This document shows, piece by piece, positions 24,981-32,000 of a DNA stretch of 32,000 nt; position 1 is the stretch's first letter; each line of letters opens with the position of its first letter. The notes under the pieces were generated by a model. The model was not told the DNA's origin. It was given only the letters and a program-made list of their open reading frames with translations, and searched no databases. A program made the position numbers and the translations under genes. Location of the stretch: the NCBI RefSeq assembly GCF_016127575.1, contig NZ_CP066019.1:2010001-2042000 (forward strand), in the 5' to 3' direction. The stretch is from Cupriavidus necator (GTDB lineage Bacteria > Pseudomonadota > Gammaproteobacteria > Burkholderiales > Burkholderiaceae).

Positions 24981-25014
24981 AAAACGACGCTTATTGAATA
25001 TGGACCGTCGTTTT
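24981..25014. promoter_or_regulatory. 9-bp perfect inverted repeat AAAACGACG-N16-CGTCGTTTT in the divergent promoter spacer
   Basis: Arms at 24981-24989 and 25006-25014 with an AT-rich spacer cttattgaatatggac. It is roughly central in the 228-bp spacer between the ACAD-like and SsuD-like genes. Confidence 0.35.
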
Positions 25015-25114
25015 TATTCGTTAGCGAGCGCGCGCGCCTGTCGTACTTTCTGCCTCAGCCCAACACCATCCGGGCGGTCACGCTGCCGCCCTCACCGAAT
25101 ACAGGAGAACGCGC

Positions 25115-26212
25115 ATGAGCGTCGATTTCATCGGCATGATCCAGAGCCAGAAGCAGTCCGAGATCCATCCGCCGTCAGGCCCGGTGATCGATCGCGACTA
25201 TGTGCGCGCGTTTGCCCAGGCCCACGAGCAGGCCGGCTTCGACCGCATCCTGGTGCCGCACCATTCCACCGGCCCGTCGGCCACGCTGACCATCGCCTAC
25301 GCGGCCAGCGTGACCGAGCGCATCCACTTCATGCTGGCGCACCGCCCCGGCTTTACCGCGCCGACGCTGGCCGCGCGCCAGATTGCCACGCTCGACCAGT
25401 TCAGCGGCGGCCGCCTCGGGGTGCACTTCATCTCGGGCGGCTCGGACAGCGAGCAGCAGCGCGACGGCGACTTCCTCGACCATGACCAGCGTTATGCGCG
25501 CACCGACGAGTACCTGCACATCCTGCGCCGCATCTGGACCGAGCCCGCGCCGTTCGACCACGAAGGCCGGTTCTACCGCTTTACCCAGGGCTTCTCGGAG
25601 GTCAAGCCCGCGCAGCAGCCGCATGTGCCGATCTATTTCGGCGGCGCCTCGGAAGCGGCGCTGGCCGTCGCCGGCAAGCATGCCGACGTCTACGCGCTGT
25701 GGGGCGAGTCGCTCGAGCAGGTGCGCGAGCTGACCGGCCGCGTGCGTGCCGAAGCCGCGCAGCACGGCCGCACGGTGCGCTTCTCGGTGTCGTTCCGCCC
25801 GGTGCTGGCCGAGACCGAAGAAAAAGCCTGGGCCCGCGCCGACAGCATCCTGGCGCACACCCGCGCCCTGCGCGTGCAGGCCGGCTACAGCCGCGGCGGC
25901 CCGCAACAGAGCGAAGGCGCACGGCGCCTGCTCGCTGCAGCCGACCAAGGCGACCGGGTCGACCAGCGCCTGTGGACCGCGATCGCGCGCGAGACCGGCG
26001 GGCGCTCCAACTCCACCGGGCTGATCGGCACGCCGGAGCAGGTGGCGCAGGCCCTGCTCGCGTACTACGAACTGGGCGTCACCACCTTCCTGATCCGCGG
26101 CTTCGATCCGCTGGAAGACGCCATCGACTATGGCCGCGAGCTGATCCCGCGCGTGCGCGAGCTGGTGGCGCAGCACGGCGCCGCGCAGCAGGCGGAGCGC
26201 AAGGCCGCCTGA
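25115..26212 (+). CDS. LLM class flavin-dependent monooxygenase, SsuD (alkanesulfonate monooxygenase)-like
   Basis: 365 aa with an AGGAGA SD. By-eye similarity to SsuD blocks: LAHRPGFTAPTLAARQIATLDQFSGGR, GDFLDHDQRYARTDEY, PIYFGGAS, YALWGE. Confidence 0.85.
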   Translation: MSVDFIGMIQSQKQSEIHPPSGPVIDRDYVRAFAQAHEQAGFDRILVPHHSTGPSATLTIAYAASVTERIHFMLAHRPGFTAPTLAARQIATLDQFSGGRLGVHFISGGSDSEQQRDGDFLDHDQRYARTDEYLHILRRIWTEPAPFDHEGRFYRFTQGFSEVKPAQQPHVPIYFGGASEAALAVAGKHADVYALWGESLEQVRELTGRVRAEAAQHGRTVRFSVSFRPVLAETEEKAWARADSILAHTRALRVQAGYSRGGPQQSEGARRLLAAADQGDRVDQRLWTAIARETGGRSNSTGLIGTPEQVAQALLAYYELGVTTFLIRGFDPLEDAIDYGRELIPRVRELVAQHGAAQQAERKAA

Positions 26213-26253
26213 TGGCCTCGCCACACCACACAACGAAGACGGGGAGTCTCGCC

Positions 26254-27270
26254 ATGAGCCAGGACAACAACAATCACGCCGACCCGCGCCGGCGCAGCGT
26301 GCTGCGGCTGGCCGGTGCCGCGGCCATCGCCGCGCCGTCGCTGATCCTGGGCCGACAGGCCTGGTCGGCGCCGCGCAAGCTGACCTTCGCGTGGAACCAG
26401 AACGCCTTCTGCCTGACGCCGATCGTGGTGGCGCAGGAGAAGGGCTTCTTCGAGAAGAACGGCCTGCAGGTCGACCTGATCAACTACAGCGGCTCGACCG
26501 ACCAGTTGCTGGAATCGATCGCCACCGGCAAGGCCGATGCCGCGGTCGGCATGATCCACCGCTGGCTCAAGCCGCTGGAAGCCGGCTTCGACGTCAAGAT
26601 CATCGGCAGCTCGCACGGCGGCTGCGTGCGGCTGGTGGGATCGAAAGCGGCGGGGGTCACCAGCCTGCAGCAGCTGAAGGGAAAGACAGTCGGCGTCAGC
26701 GACCTGGCGGCACCGGGCAAACACTTCTTCACCATCCTGCTGGCCAAGAACGGTATCGACCCGGACAAGGACATCACCTGGCGCCAGTACCCGGCCGACC
26801 TGCTGGGCGTGGCGGTGGACAAGGGCGAGATCCAGGCGATCGCCGACGGCGACCCCAACCTCTACCTGCTGGAAAAGCGCACCAACGGCGCCTACGTGGA
26901 ACTGGCCACCAACCTCACCGGCGAGTACGCACGCAAGGTCTGCTGCGTGGTCGGCGCCCGCGGCGAACTGGTGCGCAACGACCGCCCCGCGGCCACGTCG
27001 CTGGCGCGCGCCATCGTGCAGGCCACCGACTATATCAACGAGAACCCCAACGAGGCCGCCAGGGTCTTCGCCAGGTACTCGCCCAAGATCAATCCGGAAG
27101 ACCTGCGCAAGCTCTACGCCACGCTGACCTATACCCACCACCCGACCGGCGTCGACCTGCGCGACGAGATCGCCTTCTACGCCGATGATTTCCGCCGCAT
27201 CGGCGTGCTGAAGAAGACCACCGATGCCAAACGCCTGGCGCAGCACGTCTACGCCAATGTGCTGGGGTGA
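26254..27270 (+). CDS. ABC transporter substrate-binding protein, NMT1/SsuA/TauA-like, Tat-exported
   Basis: The ATG at 26254 has a GGGGAG SD 7 nt upstream. An in-frame ATG at 26212 is an alternative start. Twin-arginine signal DPRRRSVLRLAGAAAIAAPSLILG. NitT/TauT-type binding-protein fold motifs are present. Confidence 0.85.
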   Translation: MSQDNNNHADPRRRSVLRLAGAAAIAAPSLILGRQAWSAPRKLTFAWNQNAFCLTPIVVAQEKGFFEKNGLQVDLINYSGSTDQLLESIATGKADAAVGMIHRWLKPLEAGFDVKIIGSSHGGCVRLVGSKAAGVTSLQQLKGKTVGVSDLAAPGKHFFTILLAKNGIDPDKDITWRQYPADLLGVAVDKGEIQAIADGDPNLYLLEKRTNGAYVELATNLTGEYARKVCCVVGARGELVRNDRPAATSLARAIVQATDYINENPNEAARVFARYSPKINPEDLRKLYATLTYTHHPTGVDLRDEIAFYADDFRRIGVLKKTTDAKRLAQHVYANVLG

Positions 27271-27274
27271 TGCC

Positions 27275-28333
27275 ATGACGACAAGCCAACCTGCATTCGA
27301 CGCCGGGCTTGCGCGCAAGCCAGCCGCGGCCCCCGTGCCGCATGCCGCCGCAAGCGCGCGCGCGTCCGGCCCGGTCTGGGCCACCGGCATCCTCGCCGCG
27401 CTGGCGTGGGCCGCGTTCGGCGCGCTGACATGGCTGTGGCCCAACCAGGCGGTGGGCTTCAGCGACTGGGCCTATACGACAGAGCTGGGGATTGCGGCGC
27501 TGGCAGGCGCCGCGTTGCTGGCACTAGTTGCGCTGGCCGGCCAGCGGGTCCGGGCCGCGCAACGCGCGCTGGCCACGCTGCGCGCCGCCGGCCCGTGGCT
27601 GGTGGCGCTGCCCGTGGCCCTGGCCGCGTGGGAAATCCTGACCGCCAAGACCGCCATCCTGCCCACGCCCTTCTTCGCGCCGCCACAGGCGCTGATCGAG
27701 GTCTATGCCGACGACTGGCGGCGCCTCGGCGACAGCGCGCTGAACACGCTCAGGCTGCTCGGGCTGGGCGTGGCCTATGGCGGGCTGGCCGGCTTCCTGG
27801 TGGGCGTGTCGATCGGCTGGTCGCGCCGCATCGGCTACTGGGTGCATCCGGTGCTGCGCGTGCTGGGCCCGCTTCCGTCGACCGCGCTGCTGCCGCTGAC
27901 CTTCTACTTCTTCCCGTCGAGCTATTCCGCCGCGGTGTTCCTGATCGCGCTGGCCACCGCCTTCCCGGTGGCGGTGCTGACCTGGTCAGGCGTGGCCGGC
28001 GTCAACAAGAGCTACTACGACGTGGCGCGCACCATGGGCGCCTCGGGCTGGTTCCTGGTGCTGCGCGTGGCGATCCCGGCGGCGCTGCCGCAGGTATTCG
28101 TCGGCCTGTTCATGGGTCTGGGCGCTTCGTTCTCGGTGCTGGTGACGGCGGAGATGATGGGCGTGAAGTCGGGCCTGGGCTGGTACCTGACGTGGGCGCA
28201 GGGCTGGGCTTCTTACGTCAATATGTATGCGGCGCTGATCGTGATGGCGCTGCTGTTCTCGGGCGTGATCACGCTGCTGTTCGTGGCGCGTGACCGGGTG
28301 CTGTCGTGGCAGAAGGGGACGGTGAAATGGTGA
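27275..28333 (+). CDS. ABC transporter permease (NitT/TauT family) with an N-terminal extension of about 95 aa
   Basis: The ATG at 27275 lies 4 nt after the binding-protein stop. The core is SsuC/TauC-like (...YDVARTMGASGWFLVLRVAIPAALPQVFVGL...). The extension has two additional hydrophobic spans. Confidence 0.85.
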   Translation: MTTSQPAFDAGLARKPAAAPVPHAAASARASGPVWATGILAALAWAAFGALTWLWPNQAVGFSDWAYTTELGIAALAGAALLALVALAGQRVRAAQRALATLRAAGPWLVALPVALAAWEILTAKTAILPTPFFAPPQALIEVYADDWRRLGDSALNTLRLLGLGVAYGGLAGFLVGVSIGWSRRIGYWVHPVLRVLGPLPSTALLPLTFYFFPSSYSAAVFLIALATAFPVAVLTWSGVAGVNKSYYDVARTMGASGWFLVLRVAIPAALPQVFVGLFMGLGASFSVLVTAEMMGVKSGLGWYLTWAQGWASYVNMYAALIVMALLFSGVITLLFVARDRVLSWQKGTVKW

Positions 28334-29205
28334 GTGTTGTTGAGCGGTTGAAAGCATCGAGACCCTACACGCACGTGAAGAAGACTCCCCTCTCCCGCAC
28401 GCGGAAGAGGGGAGCTAACGCGGCGGCAGACGACACCGCGGAAGCCCAGACCGGTGCCCGCATCGACATCCATCAGGTCAGCCACTGGTTCGGCAGCGGC
28501 AGCGACGGGCTGCAGGTGCTGGACGACGTCGACCTGAGCGTCGCACCGGGCGAATTCGTCGCGCTGCTGGGGCCCAGCGGTTGCGGCAAGTCCACGCTGC
28601 TGCGGCTGGTGGCAGGGCTGGACCAGCCCTCCTCCGGCGAGATCCTGCAGGACGGCACCTCGATCGCCGAGCCTGACCCGTCGCGCATCGTGGTGTTCCA
28701 GGACCCCACGCTGTACCCGTGGCGGCGCGTTTGGGACAACGTCGCGCTGGGCTTGCAGGCACGCGGCGTGCTGGCAAGCCAGCGCCCGCGCGTGGATGAT
28801 GCGTTGCGGCGCGTAGGGCTGGAGACCTTCGCCCGCGCCTTCCCGCACCAGCTCTCGGGCGGCATGGCGCAGCGCGTGGCGCTGGCGCGCGCGCTGGTCA
28901 ACGATCCGCGCCTGCTGGTGCTGGACGAGCCGCTGGGCAAGCTGGATTCGCTGACGCGGCTGGCAATGCAGAGCGACCTGGTCGAACTGTGGCAACGCTC
29001 GCGCTTCTCGGCGCTGCTGGTCACGCACGACGTGGAGGAAGCGCTGTTCCTGGCGCAGCGCGTGATCATCTTCAGCCAGCGTCCGGCACGCATCACGGCG
29101 GAGATCCGGGTCGACCTGCCCTACCCGCGCCATCGCGGCGATCCGCGGCTGACCGGGCTGCGGCACGAAGCGCTGCGCCACCTGGGGCTGGACGCGAGCT
29201 GGTAA
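28327..29205 (+). CDS. ABC transporter ATP-binding protein (SsuB/TauB-like)
   Basis: The ATG at 28327 overlaps the permease stop (ATGGTGA) and has a GGGGA SD. Walker A GPSGCGKST, signature LSGGMAQR, Walker B LLVLDEP. No canonical start codon lies in frame between 28414 and the conserved core, so an N-terminal leader of about 45 aa is translated. Confidence 0.85.
   Translation: MVSVVERLKASRPYTHVKKTPLSRTRKRGANAAADDTAEAQTGARIDIHQVSHWFGSGSDGLQVLDDVDLSVAPGEFVALLGPSGCGKSTLLRLVAGLDQPSSGEILQDGTSIAEPDPSRIVVFQDPTLYPWRRVWDNVALGLQARGVLASQRPRVDDALRRVGLETFARAFPHQLSGGMAQRVALARALVNDPRLLVLDEPLGKLDSLTRLAMQSDLVELWQRSRFSALLVTHDVEEALFLAQRVIIFSQRPARITAEIRVDLPYPRHRGDPRLTGLRHEALRHLGLDASW
28385..28414. repeat. REP-like GC-rich palindromic element, copy B (inside the 5' part of the ATPase CDS)
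   Basis: ctcccctctcccgc-ac-gcggaagaggggag pairs at 13 of 14 positions. It shares the core CTCTCCCGC..GCGG.AGA.GG with copy A when copy A is reverse-complemented. Confidence 0.55.
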
Positions 29206-29236
29206 TGGCGTTGCGCTTCACCTCGCGGGCCGCCAG

Positions 29237-30412
29237 ATGAACAGCCCGCCGCCGCAGGCATGGCTCAATGCACTGCTGGTTCTGATCGAGAAATTCCAGC
29301 TGGCCCTGTTGTCGCTATGGCATGCCCTTGGCCTGACCGGCGACAGCCACGGCCAGCCAGCCTGGCCGTGGGCACGGCGCGTGGCGGGCGAAACCCTGCT
29401 GATCGACCTGGGCCTCGCGCGCCAGGTCGGCCTGAGCCTGTGCGCCCTTGTCTTTGCCGTGCTGGCCATTACCGCCGCGCTGGCCTGGCGACGCCATCGC
29501 GGCGTGCTGCTGGCCGCCGGTGCGCTCGCCCTGGTGGCGGCCCCCTGGCCCAGCGCAGCGCTGCTGTTGGTGCCGGCAGCGCCGACCAGCTTCCACGCCA
29601 GCCCTACCCGCTTCTCCGTCGATGCCATCGCGCTCGGCGCCCGGGTCTATGCGCAGCATTGCGCCAGCTGCCACGGCGCGGACGGGCGCGGAGAAGGGCC
29701 GCTGGCCGCCAGCCTGGCGCAGTGGCCGCCCACGCTGGTCAGCCCGCTGCTGGCGCGCCGCGTCGATGGCGAGCTGTTCTGGCATGTGCTGGCCGGCATG
29801 CGCGACCGTCACGGCCAGCCCACCATGCCGGCCTTCGGCAATGTGCTCGGCCTCCGCGAGGCCTGGGCTGTGATCGACTACATGAAAGCGCTGTCGGCCG
29901 GCGGTGGTGCCGAGGGCAACTGGCCGGTGCCGTTGCGGCTGCCGGAGATGGCAATCCGCTGCGCCGATGCCGCGCCGCTGGCGCTGTCGCAATGGCGCGG
30001 CGACCAGCGCGTGCGGCTGGTGGCGGTGGACGGGATGGCATCGTTGCCGTTCGAGGATCCCCGCTTCCTGACCGTGCTGGTCACGCCTGACGGGCAACCG
30101 CCGGCGCAGGTGCCGCGCTTCCGTGCCGGCTGCGCCGCGGTCTCCTCGCATGCCTGGCAGGCCGTGGCGGCAATCGCCGGGCAATCGCCTTCGCGCCTGG
30201 CCGGCACCCAGCTGCTGGCCGACCGCGGCGGCTGGCTGCGCGCCCGCGGCACGCCGGGGCGGCAATGGTCCGACGCAGACCTGGTCTGCGTCTCGGGACC
30301 GGACGCCGGCGCACAGCGCGCGCCTTCGCCCGCGACTGACGGGCTGACTGCGCTGCTCCTGCGCATGGACGCCGAGCCGGTGCGCTTCGTCAAGGGCGGC
30401 TTCATTCACTGA
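29237..30412 (+). CDS. membrane-anchored mono-haem c-type cytochrome fused to an uncharacterised C-terminal domain
   Basis: 391 aa, starting 31 nt after the ATPase gene. Three N-terminal hydrophobic spans. CASCH haem motif at 29660-29674 and the distal ligand context GQPTMPAF. The C-terminal domain of about 190 aa has a thioredoxin-fold-like pattern but no CxxC. Third codon positions are G/C-rich. Confidence 0.7.
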   Translation: MNSPPPQAWLNALLVLIEKFQLALLSLWHALGLTGDSHGQPAWPWARRVAGETLLIDLGLARQVGLSLCALVFAVLAITAALAWRRHRGVLLAAGALALVAAPWPSAALLLVPAAPTSFHASPTRFSVDAIALGARVYAQHCASCHGADGRGEGPLAASLAQWPPTLVSPLLARRVDGELFWHVLAGMRDRHGQPTMPAFGNVLGLREAWAVIDYMKALSAGGGAEGNWPVPLRLPEMAIRCADAAPLALSQWRGDQRVRLVAVDGMASLPFEDPRFLTVLVTPDGQPPAQVPRFRAGCAAVSSHAWQAVAAIAGQSPSRLAGTQLLADRGGWLRARGTPGRQWSDADLVCVSGPDAGAQRAPSPATDGLTALLLRMDAEPVRFVKGGFIH

Positions 30413-30627
30413 ACCGCCCCCAGGCCGGCACGCAGCCATCCGAGTGCCGCACGCCTGACCCTCCTCCCCCTTGTTTCCGCCACCGCAGGTGAGCCCTCGC
30501 CCGCGGCGCACCTTCCGTCGCCGCTCTGGAACGGCCAACGGACCCCTATAAATGCCGTACGAGGCACTCAAAACCGCACCTTGTCTCAATTTTTCATCAA
30601 TTTCATTCCGTAAATCAAAACTTCCTA

Positions 30628-30656
30628 TTGACCAACCGAAGTCTTCCGCCTACATT
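30628..30656 (+). promoter_or_regulatory. candidate sigma70 promoter for xsc (TTGACC-17-TACATT)
   Basis: TTGACC at 30628-30633, exactly 17 nt of spacer, then TACATT at 30651-30656. It lies in the AT-richest stretch of the 312-bp spacer, about 70 nt upstream of the ATG. Confidence 0.35.
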
Positions 30657-30677
30657 TCCTCCAGCAAGCAATTTTCC

Positions 30678-30692
30678 GGAACGTCCTGTTCC
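30678..30692. promoter_or_regulatory. small palindrome GGAAC-N5-GTTCC in the xsc leader (candidate operator)
   Basis: Read directly. It lies between the candidate promoter and the AGGAGA SD. Confidence 0.2.
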
Positions 30693-30724
30693 ACTTTATA
30701 AGACCCTCATCAGGAGACAACGCC

Positions 30725-32000
30725 ATGCGCGACCTCGATACCACCTCGAATCCCGCCGTTTCCGGTGGCTCGGCCGCCGCGAAGGAGAGCCAGGTCCCGG
30801 CCGGCCCGCAGACCATGACCCCGTCGGAAGCCTTCGTTGAAACGCTGGCCGCCAATGGCGTGACCGACATGTTCGGCATCATGGGCTCGGCCTTCATGGA
30901 TGCGATGGACATCTTCGCGCCGGCGGGCATCCGCCTGATCCCGGTGGTGCACGAACAAGGCGCCGGCCACATGGCCGACGGCTACGCCCGCGTGTCGGGC
31001 CGCCACGGTGTGGTGATCGGCCAGAACGGCCCCGGCATCTCCAACTGCGTGACCTCGATCGCCGCTGCCTACTGGGCCCACAGCCCGGTGGTGATCGTCA
31101 CGCCCGAGGCCGGCACCATGGGCATTGGCCTGGGCGGCTTCCAGGAAGCCAACCAGCTGCCCATGTTCCAGGAGTTCACCAAGTACCAGGGCCACGTCAC
31201 CAACCCGGCCCGCATGGCCGAGTTCACCGCCCGCTGCTTCGACCGCGCCACCGCGGAAATGGGCCCGACCCAGCTGAACATCCCGCGTGACCACTTCTAC
31301 GGCAAGGTCAACGTCGAGATCCCGCAGCCGCGCCGCCTCGACCGCGGCCCCGGCGGCGAGCAGAGCCTGAACGAAGCGGCCGAGCTGCTGGCCAACGCCA
31401 AATTCCCGGTGATCATCTCGGGCGGCGGCGTGGTGATGGCCGATGCGATCGAAGAGTGCAAGGCCCTGGCCGAGCGCCTGGGCGCGCCGGTGGTCAACAG
31501 CTACCTGCACAACGACTCGTTCCCGGCCAGCCACCCGCTGTGGTGCGGCCCGCTGGGCTACCAGGGTTCGAAGGCGGCGATGAAGCTGATCTCGCGCGCC
31601 GACGTGGTGATCGCGCTGGGCTCGCGCCTGGGGCCGTTCGGCACGCTGCCGCAGCACGGCATGGACTACTGGCCGAAGAACGCCAAGATCATCCAGATCG
31701 ACGCCGACCACAAGATGCTGGGCCTGGTGAAGAAGATCTCGGTGGGCATCTGCGGCGACGCCAAGGCCGCCGCGGTCGCGCTGAGCCAGCGCCTGGCCGG
31801 CCGCACGCTGGCCTGCGACGCCAGCCGCGAGGCCCGCGCCACCGAAATCGCCAACGAAAAGGCCGCGTGGGAGAAGGAGCTGGACGACTGGACCCATGAG
31901 CGCGACCCGTACAGCCTGGACATGATCGAAGAGCAGAAGCAGGAGCGCACGCCCACCGGCGGCCACTACCTGCATCCGCGCCAGGTGCTGCGCGAGCTGG
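30725..32000 (+). CDS. xsc: sulfoacetaldehyde acetyltransferase (ThDP-dependent), 5' part; runs off the window
   Basis: Not in the ORF track because there is no stop codon before the window end. I translated frame 2 by hand from the ATG at 30725, which has an AGGAGA SD 7 nt upstream. Translation: MRDLDTTSNP...MTPSEAFVETLAANGVTDMFGIMGSAFMDAMDIF...VVHEQGAGHMADGYARVSGRHGVVIGQNGPGISN...HYLHPRQVLREL. The ThDP-enzyme fold is certain. The Xsc assignment comes from remembered N-terminal similarity and the sulfur context. The 421-aa minus ORF 30710..31975 is its antisense shadow. Confidence 0.8.
   Translation, partial: MRDLDTTSNPAVSGGSAAAKESQVPAGPQTMTPSEAFVETLAANGVTDMFGIMGSAFMDAMDIFAPAGIRLIPVVHEQGAGHMADGYARVSGRHGVVIGQNGPGISNCVTSIAAAYWAHSPVVIVTPEAGTMGIGLGGFQEANQLPMFQEFTKYQGHVTNPARMAEFTARCFDRATAEMGPTQLNIPRDHFYGKVNVEIPQPRRLDRGPGGEQSLNEAAELLANAKFPVIISGGGVVMADAIEECKALAERLGAPVVNSYLHNDSFPASHPLWCGPLGYQGSKAAMKLISRADVVIALGSRLGPFGTLPQHGMDYWPKNAKIIQIDADHKMLGLVKKISVGICGDAKAAAVALSQRLAGRTLACDASREARATEIANEKAAWEKELDDWTHERDPYSLDMIEEQKQERTPTGGHYLHPRQVLREL

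Noticed and set aside
1-32000. Search for CRISPR arrays, tRNA/rRNA genes, IS elements, integrases, phage or defence-island genes, retron or DGR-like reverse transcriptases
   Set aside because: Reading both strands turned up no regularly spaced repeats, cloverleaf-like segments or transposase, integrase or RT-like ORFs. The only tandem repeat is the in-frame 3 x 21 nt unit at 13754-13816.

Overview
Very GC-rich, gene-dense bacterial window with 26 complete and 2 edge-truncated protein genes. I recognised no rRNA, tRNA, CRISPR array, transposase or integrase. The gene content (several Bug/TctC-type binding proteins, a CzcCBA-type pump, xsc) looks like a Cupriavidus/Ralstonia-type betaproteobacterial replicon, but that is inference only. 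Most long ORFs in the six-frame track are antisense shadows typical of high-GC DNA.

Gene order, left to right:
(1) Tail of a UDG-family gene.
(2) Bug binding protein, M81/MlrC-like peptidase and a second Bug binding protein, divergent from a LysR regulator.
(3) IclR regulator divergent from a GMC oxidoreductase, an MHS-type MFS transporter and a GntR/FCD regulator.
(4) Alpha/beta hydrolase divergent from a large MscK-like mechanosensitive channel.
(5) An orphan His4/Pro/Tyr-rich small membrane protein, bracketed by a 12-bp inverted repeat.
(6) A minus-strand heavy-metal-type RND operon (OMF, MFP, RND) preceded by an orphan acidic secreted protein.
(7) A lower-GC islet carrying an RHH/MazF-type toxin-antitoxin pair.
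(8) An organosulfur island. A minus-strand operon (ACAD-fold flavoprotein, Gln-type cysteine-dioxygenase homologue, four-domain rhodanese) lies divergent from a plus-strand operon (SsuD-like LLM monooxygenase, NitT/TauT-type ABC importer, membrane-anchored cytochrome c fusion). The 5' part of xsc (sulfoacetaldehyde acetyltransferase) follows.

Most interesting hypothesis: the island encodes a sequential thiol -> sulfinate -> sulfonate -> sulfite desulfurisation route, with an unexplained cytochrome c partner.

Secondary leads:
- The RND pump has a hybrid signature: no DFG aspartate and no CusA Met triad.
- The pump is flanked by two orphan secreted or membrane proteins.
- A REP-like palindrome is translated inside the ABC ATPase gene.
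- Several phased or palindromic motifs sit in promoter regions.

All family calls come from reading motifs by eye. No database search was possible.
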